Origin: Dehalococcoidia bacterium
GTDB taxonomy: Bacteria > Chloroflexota > Dehalococcoidia > Lucifugimonadales > UBA3495
Direction of reading: 5' to 3'
Length of the DNA: 64,000 nt
Assembly (NCBI GenBank): GCA_965201145.1
Contig: CBDAVT010000001.1
Span: 70,889-134,888, forward strand
The translations under genes and the position numbers were made by a program. Below, piece by piece: positions 19,146 to 27,450 of this stretch. Position 1 is the stretch's first letter. The number at the start of each line of letters is the position of its first letter. The notes under the pieces are model-generated. The model made no database searches. It worked only from the letters and a program-made list of their open reading frames with translations, and was not told the DNA's origin.

Positions 19146-19240
19146 CCCCTCAATAGTCCAGCGCAGTCAAAATAGTACGGCGGATAGTATAGCACAGCGG
19201 GGAAAGGGGGAATTGGGAAAAGCCTGGAAAGGGAACCGGA

Positions 19241-19717
19241 TTATAAATCCCGGGTCAGATCTTGCAGCTCATCCAGGATTTCAGTGAAAACCGGGAATTG
19301 ATACCGTTCCAGGGTTTCGTGAAATGTCTCTTCGCCGGTGGCCGGGTCGTAGATGCGGTGATGGTATTCTTCCCGGTCGGCATGGAGATTGTGATATTTA
19401 AGCAACAGGTGTTCGCCCGGCAAAAAAGCGACGTAGCGGTAGGTATGCACTCTGACCCGCAGGGTATTTCCAAAGTATCGAATATCGAACTCTTTGTTAA
19501 CGTCCACTATGACACCCTTTTCGCAGTGAACCTGACCCTGCAAATAGAGGATACCCTCATCCTCTGATATGGTGAAGACGAGGGTATCCTGATAGTTCAC
19601 TACAAAAGGATGTTCACTTAGTCGGTTTTCGTGGATGGTTCGGTAGTGGTCCCAGGAGTTCCAGTCGTGGGGATCTCGCCGCGGAGCAATCGGACTCCTT
19701 GCCAGGTGGAATACCAT
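19241..19717 (-). CDS. DUF6516-like protein (candidate TumE-type toxin)
   Basis: 158-aa ORF. The motif YRYVAF...LLLKYHNLH....YHHRIYD...GEE resembles the DUF6516 signature as I recall it. GAGGT lies 6 nt upstream of the ATG. Confidence 0.5.
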   Translation of the reverse strand: MVFHLARSPIAPRRDPHDWNSWDHYRTIHENRLSEHPFVVNYQDTLVFTISEDEGILYLQGQVHCEKGVIVDVNKEFDIRYFGNTLRVRVHTYRYVAFLPGEHLLLKYHNLHADREEYHHRIYDPATGEETFHETLERYQFPVFTEILDELQDLTRDL

Positions 19718-19890
19718 TTAAGTACCTCTGCCGTAGGGCGTATCGCATCCAGCTCCAGCAATTTTGCCATCTTTGCGCTGGACATTTCATAGCGGATTTC
19801 GTACTTTCGGAGCTCGGCTTGCCGTTCCTGAAGTATCTGCTCCCGCGGCACCACCCGCACCTGTACTCTCCCGGTAGTCTTGGTAGCCAT
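19618..19890 (-). CDS. small hypothetical protein (candidate cognate antitoxin)
   Basis: AGGAGGTG lies 5 nt upstream of ATG 19890 (the ORF track starts further up at 19944). The 90-aa product overlaps the downstream gene by 100 nt. Confidence 0.5.
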   Translation of the reverse strand: MATKTTGRVQVRVVPREQILQERQAELRKYEIRYEMSSAKMAKLLELDAIRPTAEVLKWYSTWQGVRLLRGEIPTTGTPGTTTEPSTKTD

Positions 19891-19959
19891 AATTTCACCT
19901 CCTGACCGGACAGCCAGTTTAACAGCGCCGCCCGGAGTTTTCAACCGGGCAGCGTCCGG

Positions 19960-20793
19960 TTAAGTGACCAGCCGGGCGTTCCGGGGGCGCTTCTTGCCGC
20001 CGTGCACCGACGGTTCGGCGCACCATTTCTCCGCCAGCCGCCGCACTCCCAGATAGACTTCCCGGTCAAAACCCAGCAGGTCGCAAAGCACCATCCGGTC
20101 CAGCAAAGCCCGATTTGGATCGGCATCGGCCAGGTAAGCCGGCTGCAACTCCTTATCCCGGAATTCTTCAAAGATTATCTGCGCTGTTTCCAACTGCGAA
20201 TCGGACAGGGTTCGGAAATCGAGGACCGGGAGGGTGTCTATCGCGCTGATGGTCGTTCTTCCTCTACCGTCTTGCTGCCGGTTGGAGTGCCACCACCAAG
20301 ACAATAAACCCAATGTAGAATTACTCCATACCGTAAAGGCGTAGTCTTGCCGCCCATCAGCAAAGCTGACGTTAGGCCAAGCTGTACCACCAATGGACTT
20401 CTTTTCGGTAAAGCAGGCAGCCAGTGGCTGGGAATTGAATCGGAAATCCCGATTTACGTGAGCGCGGCTGGCCGTTTCCCAAACCTCGGCGGCTCTCGCC
20501 TCCATTCCCGGTCTGACCAACAGTTGGGAGTCCGACTCGCAGATTAGCCGAGTCTCTTGCTTGGCATCGTGGTTCCATAAACACGGATAGGTGGCGGTGG
20601 GACTGGGGGTGGACTTGGTGAAGGGGGCTGGGTGGGGCGGCCCTAATATCAGGCGGTCAACCAGACCGCGCTGGCCAATTGTTTGGAGGGCAGCTATCTG
20701 GAGCGGAAGGGGGTTGAGTTGGGTGGGCAACCAGAGTTTGGATTGGGTCAGGGCGTAAGCGGTTTGGGCTACTGCGCCGTCCCGGAAGCGCAC
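19960..20793 (-). CDS. type IIG-like restriction-modification enzyme, C-terminal (target-recognition-like) part
   Basis: It is in the same frame as 20818..22860, separated only by TAG plus 8 sense codons, with no RBS of its own. WSNSTLGLLSWWW...LPVLDF resembles TaqI-like C-terminal specificity domains of Eco57I-family methylases. Confidence 0.65.
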   Translation of the reverse strand: MRFRDGAVAQTAYALTQSKLWLPTQLNPLPLQIAALQTIGQRGLVDRLILGPPHPAPFTKSTPSPTATYPCLWNHDAKQETRLICESDSQLLVRPGMEARAAEVWETASRAHVNRDFRFNSQPLAACFTEKKSIGGTAWPNVSFADGRQDYAFTVWSNSTLGLLSWWWHSNRQQDGRGRTTISAIDTLPVLDFRTLSDSQLETAQIIFEEFRDKELQPAYLADADPNRALLDRMVLCDLLGFDREVYLGVRRLAEKWCAEPSVHGGKKRPRNARLVT

Positions 20794-20817
20794 GGCGCCC
20801 CAGGACGGCGCAAATCC

Positions 20818-22860
20818 CTACGGGATTTGCGCCGTCGCGATTTCGCCCATTTGTTCTAATCCAATCTGCAACGGAGTGGCGCCATAAGGACCTTCCTCAA
20901 TGTTCCGTACCGATGCAGCTACCGCAGCGCTTCGAGCCAACTCTCGAGCCTGAATTCCCCCTTGCGGCCGGCTGGTCAGCGAAGTAAATCGTCCTGTAGT
21001 TGACACATTGCTCTGTCCCGGAGCGTTACGGCGCTTTCGGGCAATTACCAGACACTCCGCCATACCCGTATCTGAGGAGAAGGACATATCCTTGCCATTG
21101 GCCGCAATACTTAAAACTTCCAGGCCCTCATAGTCAGCAGCCAATAGTTGCCGGAACTTGGCCCAGGAAGTTCCGGCGGATACCGACAGGGGCAGGACAA
21201 AGGCTAACACCCCGCCGGGCTTGAGCTTGCGGTGGGCCAGAGCGGTAAAAGCCGAGGCCGTCCCGGCCTTGCCGTCGTAACAACTTTTTTGGCCCAAGTC
21301 TCGCATCCGTTTGCCCATATCATCCATATCGGCTTTGGTAGCCCCAAAAGCGGCAAAGGCCGGATTAACCACGTTGGAGTGCACACCTCCGTGGTTGGTG
21401 GCCCGAGTAAAAGGCGGGTTCATAATCACCAGGTCAAATCCTGCGTCGGGGACTTCCACCAGCACCTGGGCGGCAGTTTCCTCGCCGGCGCTGCCGGTAC
21501 GCAAGGCTGGGTCGGTGGTGTTAAACAAAGTCATCGCCGCCGAGGACTGGAGCAGTTCCAGCGAGCCGATTTTGACGCTGCCGTCCTCCTGCCGGCCGTA
21601 GGGCATAGTGTAGATGTGGGATTGGCCGAAGGACTCATTAGGCTGAATGCCGGAGAGGGTAGCGGCGGTGATATGCACCGCCGAAGGCATCACGTCGCAG
21701 CCATACAGGACTTCCTCCAGCATTGCCCGGTGCAGCTTTGCCGGGTCGCCGCCGCCGGCCTGCTCGTGGCGGGCGGCAATCTGCTCATAGACCGCCGACA
21801 GCAGCGCGCCGGTACCGCAGGCAAAGTCGCCCACCCGCAGCTTTCCGATGGCTTCTTTATCGGCCCAATCCACCTCTTCCAGCTTGGCTACGGCCAGCCG
21901 GGCCAGCTGCGCCGCCGAGGCCGGCAAAGTGTAAAAGGTAGCCAGATACTTGCGGTCGGCAATCAGCCGTTGAAACACCCGTCCGGTCAAGTCGTGAGCG
22001 TTGGTTACACCTCCCTCCTCCACCGATTGAGCGGTGGCGCGCAGAACACTGAGGATCCGGGCCGCTGCGCCGGAGGGCAATTGCATCAGGATGTCTTTAG
22101 CCAGGATGAAGATCGGGTAATAGTTAATCTCGAGAATCTCGTTCCAGGCGCCGAGGATGGCAACCTGGGCCGTAGGTTCCGTCAGCCGGTGCAAAGACTT
22201 GATTTCCGGGTGCATACCGGCGATGCGCTCGTGAAAGATCAGGGCGTTGGCGATTATGGCACCAGCCATTTTGCGGGTTTGGGGAACATCGGGCATCCCC
22301 AGCAAGCTGGCAATGGCGGCCGGCACCTCGGACTCACGTTTTGCCATCTCATCCAGCACCGCGGCGGCCCGGTCTATGCCACCCTGCAAGGACTCGGCGG
22401 CCCGCTCCACTTCCCGCTGCGGCAGGGAAACCAGGCGGATAAGGTCGGACAGGTCGGCCGCGCTGCCGTGGAGCCAGCCGGCGGTGGGGAATCGGGCGCC
22501 ATCCTCGTAGCAGATACAGTATTCCAGACGGGCGGCTTGCAGCGCATCAGACAGATTAGACGCTTCGGGAATTTCCGCCGGGTAGCGCAGGGCAATGGCT
22601 GCCTCGATGGGGCGGTTCTCCCCGGTTACGCTCAGCCCCAGGCGGGATTGGGCCTCCGCCTCGGCAGTGACGGCCGGCAAGTATTCCGCCTCCACCACCA
22701 CTGGCGAGCGGCCCGGGGCGGTTACCAGGATGTCCGGCTGCCGACCGGCGTATCCCGCAAAGACTCGAGTACTCTCGGTGATTACTTCCGCCCGGCCCAG
22801 CATATCACCGAGCAGGGAGCCTAAAACATAGTTGGCGCTGGGTTCCGAATGGCGCGGCAT
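20818..22860 (-). CDS. type IIG-like restriction-modification enzyme, N-terminal nuclease-like plus N6-adenine methyltransferase part
   Basis: 680-aa ORF. It has a possible PD-(D/E)xK region (PDILV...VVVEAEY), SAM motif I (VGDFACGTGALL) and catalytic motif IV (NPPF). Confidence 0.8.
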   Translation of the reverse strand: MPRHSEPSANYVLGSLLGDMLGRAEVITESTRVFAGYAGRQPDILVTAPGRSPVVVEAEYLPAVTAEAEAQSRLGLSVTGENRPIEAAIALRYPAEIPEASNLSDALQAARLEYCICYEDGARFPTAGWLHGSAADLSDLIRLVSLPQREVERAAESLQGGIDRAAAVLDEMAKRESEVPAAIASLLGMPDVPQTRKMAGAIIANALIFHERIAGMHPEIKSLHRLTEPTAQVAILGAWNEILEINYYPIFILAKDILMQLPSGAAARILSVLRATAQSVEEGGVTNAHDLTGRVFQRLIADRKYLATFYTLPASAAQLARLAVAKLEEVDWADKEAIGKLRVGDFACGTGALLSAVYEQIAARHEQAGGGDPAKLHRAMLEEVLYGCDVMPSAVHITAATLSGIQPNESFGQSHIYTMPYGRQEDGSVKIGSLELLQSSAAMTLFNTTDPALRTGSAGEETAAQVLVEVPDAGFDLVIMNPPFTRATNHGGVHSNVVNPAFAAFGATKADMDDMGKRMRDLGQKSCYDGKAGTASAFTALAHRKLKPGGVLAFVLPLSVSAGTSWAKFRQLLAADYEGLEVLSIAANGKDMSFSSDTGMAECLVIARKRRNAPGQSNVSTTGRFTSLTSRPQGGIQARELARSAAVAASVRNIEEGPYGATPLQIGLEQMGEIATAQIP

Positions 22861-23038
22861 AGTTCTTCACCTTCTTGCAGCAATCAACAATTCCGCCGAA
22901 GTATAACAGAAGCGCCGCCGCGGTAGGCCGGCTTGCCGTTGCTGCAACTGTACCGAGGCATCCAGATGGAGCCGCACCTAGGTTACAAATGCCGAGTACC
23001 GGCGACAAAGCGTCCACACCAATTTCAGGCTCACCCGC

Positions 23039-23593
23039 TTAAATGGGCAAAACCGGTTCGGTGCGTTCTTCAGGCAAGTCAATCAGGAAGGTATTGGCGT
23101 TGAAGGCCAGTAGGGCATAGTAGCCGAAAAGGGTGCACAGTTCGGTCAATCCCTGGGCGCCGAACTGGTCGAAGGCCGCCTGAAAAGTCTCCTGGCTGAC
23201 CTGGCGGGTGCGGAAAAACTCCTGGCCCAGATTGACCACCGCCTGCTCATCGGCGGCCAGTTCGGGCAAGGGTTGGTTATCCCGCAGGGCGTCCACGAAA
23301 GCGTCGCTGATCCCCTGGCGGCGAGCGCCGGCGGCGTGGGCGTTCCAGATATACGGGCAGTCGTTGGCCCGGGCGGTAACAATCATCGCCAACTCCTGGA
23401 TGCGCTTGGGCAGCGTCGATTCGTCCCGCAGGTAATTGACCAGCGCATTGGCCCGGCGGCGCATTTCAGGACTGTTAATCATAGCCGAGCCGGGCCCGCC
23501 GGTCACCGTGCCGCCGGTAGTGGCGGTCTCGTGGTGAAAAGCTTCGCGTAATTCCTCGGGAACATTGTCGCGGGTAAGGATGGGAGTACGCAT
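23039..23593 (-). CDS. carboxymuconolactone decarboxylase (AhpD-like) family protein
   Basis: The ORF is 23039..23719. I chose the start at ATG 23593, preceded by AAGGAGGC. ARANDCPYIWNAH is an AhpD-like core. Confidence 0.75.
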   Translation of the reverse strand: MRTPILTRDNVPEELREAFHHETATTGGTVTGGPGSAMINSPEMRRRANALVNYLRDESTLPKRIQELAMIVTARANDCPYIWNAHAAGARRQGISDAFVDALRDNQPLPELAADEQAVVNLGQEFFRTRQVSQETFQAAFDQFGAQGLTELCTLFGYYALLAFNANTFLIDLPEERTEPVLPI

Positions 23594-23690
23594 GATGGGT
23601 GCCTCCTTGCTAATTTTGCTGCCACCTCGCCGACGGAGCGCGCCAATTCTATGTCGCCTGGATAAAAGCGCCGTTATTAGCCGGTAGCGA

Positions 23691-25187
23691 TTACAAGGCT
23701 CGCAACTCAGCCAAGGCATCCTGAAGCTCCCGGTTATTTTTCTCGATCAAGTCAAGAATCTCCGACGGGGTCCTGGTGTCAACAATTTCCTTGCGGTTGG
23801 GGTTGACCGCCTTCAGGTCATAATTCTTTGCCTCTATTTCCTCCCGAGTGACGGTCCAACTATTTTCACTGTCTTCGCGACCAGGCAGCAGCCTAAAGAA
23901 GTCGTCAAAATGGGCTCGAGTCAGGGGATTCCCCTTGTTGACTTTCAGGTAGGAAAGGTCGTAGTACCAGACCTGCTCAGTTTTCTTGCCCTTGTTGAAG
24001 AAGAGCAAATTGGTTTTTACCCCGGCGCCGGCCTGAGTGAAAACTCCCCCGGGCAAGCTGACAATGCAGTAGAGGTCACATTCGTCCAGCAACCAACGCT
24101 TGGTCTGAACAAAAGCGTTTTCATTAGTTCTGAAAAGCAGTCCCTCGTCAACTACTATCCCGGCCCGTCCGCCGAACTTCAGGCTGTTTATTACTTCCTG
24201 CAGGAAAAGTATCTGGGTAGAGGAGGTCTTATAAGTATATTTTACCCGGGCTTCGCTCCCTTCTTTACTTCCAAAGGGCGGATTCATCATTATCACGTCG
24301 AAGATGTTAGGCGCGCCCTGGTACAATCCCCCGTAGATTTCGTTATCGGTCAGAGTGTTGCCGTGCCAAATATTGGGCCGGTTTATGCCATTCAGCATCA
24401 GATTGGCCAGAACAATGGGAGAGAGCAGGTTCTCTTTTTCCTTACCGTAGAAGGTTTCGGTAGCCAATTGTGCCAATTGCTCGCCGGTAGCGTTGAGACC
24501 CAAGCCGTCTCTCATAAAGTGATACGATTGAGCCAGGAATCCCCCGGTGCCACAGGCGGGATCGAAGACCGTCTCACCCAATCGGGGCTTGACGGTTTCT
24601 ACAATTACCTTAATTACATCTCGTGGAGTGAAGAACTGCCCACCATCGTTGTTCTTCTCTCCCATCTTGAGGAGAAGCCCTTCGTAGGCGTGAGAAAGAG
24701 TGGAATTCTGGGTTATCTCTGCACCGGACAGTTTTATAGAGCTAACGGCATCCAAGACATCCAGAAATTTACGCTCAGTATCGACTTGGACCCGCTCTAC
24801 AATGGACAATATTTCGCCGATAACTTTCTGCCTGACTGTAGCGTCATCCCTTTCCCTAAGGACTCGTAGCCGTGGGAGCAGTTCGTTGTTTACGAAATTG
24901 AACAATTCGCCAAGAGAGCCGGCTTCCAGTTCCTGTCGTTTCTGGCCTTCTTTCGACGCCCAGTCTTGCCAGCGGTAGGGGTATCGCAGAGAAGGACTGA
25001 AGGCGCGGCCCAGTATTTCCGATTCCTCTGCTTCCAGCGCTTCTTGCTGGTCCAGAATATTCAAAAAGAGAAGCCAGGTCAGTTCAGGAATGTACTTCAT
25101 GGCCCCGGCACAGTTAGAGCGCCGCAAGATGTCGCAAATACCCTTAATCTGTGCCGCTATGGACACTGGCGCAGTTGAGGTAGTCAT
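23691..25187 (-). CDS. hsdM: type I restriction-modification system methyltransferase subunit
   Basis: HsdM N-terminal domain (LTWLLFLNILD), motif I (FDPACGTGGFL) and motif IV (NPPFG) are present. The ATG overlaps the hsdS stop (TGATG). Confidence 0.92.
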   Translation of the reverse strand: MTTSTAPVSIAAQIKGICDILRRSNCAGAMKYIPELTWLLFLNILDQQEALEAEESEILGRAFSPSLRYPYRWQDWASKEGQKRQELEAGSLGELFNFVNNELLPRLRVLRERDDATVRQKVIGEILSIVERVQVDTERKFLDVLDAVSSIKLSGAEITQNSTLSHAYEGLLLKMGEKNNDGGQFFTPRDVIKVIVETVKPRLGETVFDPACGTGGFLAQSYHFMRDGLGLNATGEQLAQLATETFYGKEKENLLSPIVLANLMLNGINRPNIWHGNTLTDNEIYGGLYQGAPNIFDVIMMNPPFGSKEGSEARVKYTYKTSSTQILFLQEVINSLKFGGRAGIVVDEGLLFRTNENAFVQTKRWLLDECDLYCIVSLPGGVFTQAGAGVKTNLLFFNKGKKTEQVWYYDLSYLKVNKGNPLTRAHFDDFFRLLPGREDSENSWTVTREEIEAKNYDLKAVNPNRKEIVDTRTPSEILDLIEKNNRELQDALAELRAL

Positions 25188-26377
25188 CAAAAATCTCCCG
25201 AAAAGGCTTGCCGCAACAATATTGACCGCAGGACTTCCAAGTCCCCAATTTGATGATGAGCCAGCATTTCAATCTCCCCAACAGTGGCCGCCTTGCGGTC
25301 CAGATTGGCTACAATACGCTGCTGCTCGGCCAGAGGTGCGAGGGGTATCATAAATGACTTTAGTTGTTTGCCGGTTATGGCATCAAATGTGCTGCCTGAC
25401 CCTTTTTCTGCTATGCTATCTTCAAGGAAACGAAGAGCGACAAGCAAGAAATCCTTATCGACATCGCCACTACACTTTATCGCGGCCAGTCCTCGACCGA
25501 TGCAACACTTTTCCACTGCAACGTTAGTAGGACCAACCGGCGCCCTTACAGAAATCAACACATCTCCCGGATCAGCAATTTTTTGGGGTGATATGCACCA
25601 AGCTGTGACCGTCGGATTGTATTCACCAAAGTCTGCTTTCCCTTGAAAAAATGGAAGCCCTTCCGGCTGGTTTCTGTAAGTGGAACTTGGTGGTGATTGT
25701 CCAAGAATTATTTGGCATACCTCCCCCAGCTTAACCCACTTCCAGCCCTGCGGGAGCTGCTGCCCTAAAGAGGGCAGCAGCTCCCGCGTGATCGCGCTTT
25801 TAGAGAACTAATGTTCGCAATTGCTTCTTCAGCAGCCCGTCGAGCTTTATCCACTAACGCCATTTGCTGGTCCAGCCTGGCTACAATACGCTGCTGCTCG
25901 GCCAGGGGTGGGAGGGGGATGGCTAAATTTGACATTGACCTAAAATTCAAAGTCCTGCCCTTTACAGCATGTCCTAAGACACCTTCATAGTCTATTACAG
26001 GCAATAGGTGCTTTAAGAATTCTTTGTCAGTTCGGCTTTCGTCAATCGGTATTAGACCTGCAATCGCTTCGTTGGTGTAGAGATCACAACCTGCAATAGC
26101 TGTCTTGCCGATAGTCAGCTTAAAGCTAAAGATAAGTGTTCCCTCTTCAAGTAGCCTTTGTTTGCACAGATCGGCACCTTCATCCGAGAGCATTTCTTTT
26201 GTATCTATTATGACATTGGACTTCATATCAGAAATGGTCACCCATGGGTGGTCGCCACCCCAATATTCCAATTTGTTTCTACTAGGTGTTCGCCCTATCA
26301 CAATCCGACAAACATCCCCCAGCTTAACCCCACTTCCAGCCGGGAGGCAGGGGTTTGTTGGTATCGGGCAAGGTCAT
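25187..26377 (-). pseudogene. hsdS: type I R-M specificity subunit, two frameshifts
   Basis: MTLPDTNKPLPPGWKW, then an extra G in the run at 26328-26331. TRD1 and LPPLAEQQRIV follow, then an A missing from the run at 25798-25801. After that come LPQGWKWVKLGEV, TRD2 and LAPLAEQQRIV...AFSGDF. The track ORFs 25765..26301 and 25187..25561 are fragments of this gene. Confidence 0.85.
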
Positions 26378-26451
26378 CGGGAGACATCCTTTGCATTAAC
26401 GTTATAGTAGGAGGACGGAGGTTGTCGCGTAGTGAAATCGGAGCAGTAAAA

Positions 26452-26730
26452 TTAGTCCGACTCACGCCAGAGATGCGGCTTTTCGGAGAGCCGTCCTATA
26501 TTGGCAATCGTAATTACATCTTCCTGGACCGTAAAGATTATCCAATGAAACAAATCTCGGTAAAGCTTACCTACCAGCGGAGGCATATCAAAAGGCACAA
26601 TTGCCGGATCGTCGGGAGCCAGGTAATGAGTGTCGGCTAACCAAACAATGTCATTGATAAGCTTGCTTCTGACGTTATTCGGCTGGGTATCCAAAAATTT
26701 TTTGCTAGAACTGGCAAACCGGATGTCCAT
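26452..26730 (-). CDS. RelE/ParE-like toxin
   Basis: 92-aa ORF starting immediately after the Panacea-domain gene stop. LVGKLYRDLFHWIIFTVQEDVITIANIG resembles the RelE/ParE C-terminal beta-strands. Confidence 0.6.
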   Translation of the reverse strand: MDIRFASSSKKFLDTQPNNVRSKLINDIVWLADTHYLAPDDPAIVPFDMPPLVGKLYRDLFHWIIFTVQEDVITIANIGRLSEKPHLWRESD

Positions 26731-27261
26731 CTAGCAGAGCCCATACTCTTTTTTGATTTGTTCCAGGGACCAGGTTCCCTGCTCCTCCAAGTCTCTATGA
26801 TACATCCGGGACTCCGCTTCCGTCGCGCCCATTGCCGGCAAAGATTGTTCCATCTGCAGCCGGTCGTACGGTCGAGCGCCCTCGAAAGGAGCCGTTTCTT
26901 TACTCACCGCCGTGATTTCTTCCACGGAGAGCTTCCCGTACCGGTGAACGACATCGCTCAAAACCATTTGGACCCGGGCGGGCAAGGCGGGAATTGGCGT
27001 ATCCGGTTCCAAGCTGAAATATCTGCTGCCATACCCACTCTTTCGCTCACTGAGCAGAGGCTCCGCCGCAGCAATGATACCATGCTTTATTGCATTAGGC
27101 CCGAAGCGATCCCAGTGATACTCAAAGCCGGTAACCGTTTCACCAAAATGCTGAAAATGGACATAGTCAACCAAATACACCAGTTTGACCAGCTGCATCG
27201 CTTGAACCTGGACACCTAGTTCCGCCATTATATTTAGAATTACATCATTGGCATTATTCAT
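26731..27261 (-). CDS. Panacea (DUF4065, SocA-like) domain antitoxin
   Basis: LVKLVYLVDYVHFQHFGETVTGFEYHWDRFGPN matches the DUF4065 core. The start is ATG 27261 (the track ORF begins at TTG 27273). Confidence 0.75.
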   Translation of the reverse strand: MNNANDVILNIMAELGVQVQAMQLVKLVYLVDYVHFQHFGETVTGFEYHWDRFGPNAIKHGIIAAAEPLLSERKSGYGSRYFSLEPDTPIPALPARVQMVLSDVVHRYGKLSVEEITAVSKETAPFEGARPYDRLQMEQSLPAMGATEAESRMYHRDLEEQGTWSLEQIKKEYGLC

Positions 27262-27450
27262 ACTGCCCCCCAAGCATTGACCAAACCGGTCCCCCTGGAG
27301 TGATCCGGGGGATGTCGTATAGGATGCCCATCAATATTACCATACGAATAACCGGCGTACCTAGAACTTCAGGTAGCGGTATTTCAACCGCCGTGAGATC
27401 TCCACAAATTCCAAAATAACTTTAGGCCGGCTGTCCAGGGAGAAATTTCA

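Noticed and set aside
25751-25786. Interpreting the 36-nt hsdS palindrome as a clean in-frame insertion of a foreign palindromic element.
   Set aside because: Part of its coding (..ITRELL..) parallels the C-terminal conserved helix (..ILLRQAF..) of the same protein. At least one arm therefore appears to be native hsdS sequence, and insertion cannot be asserted without homologue alignment.
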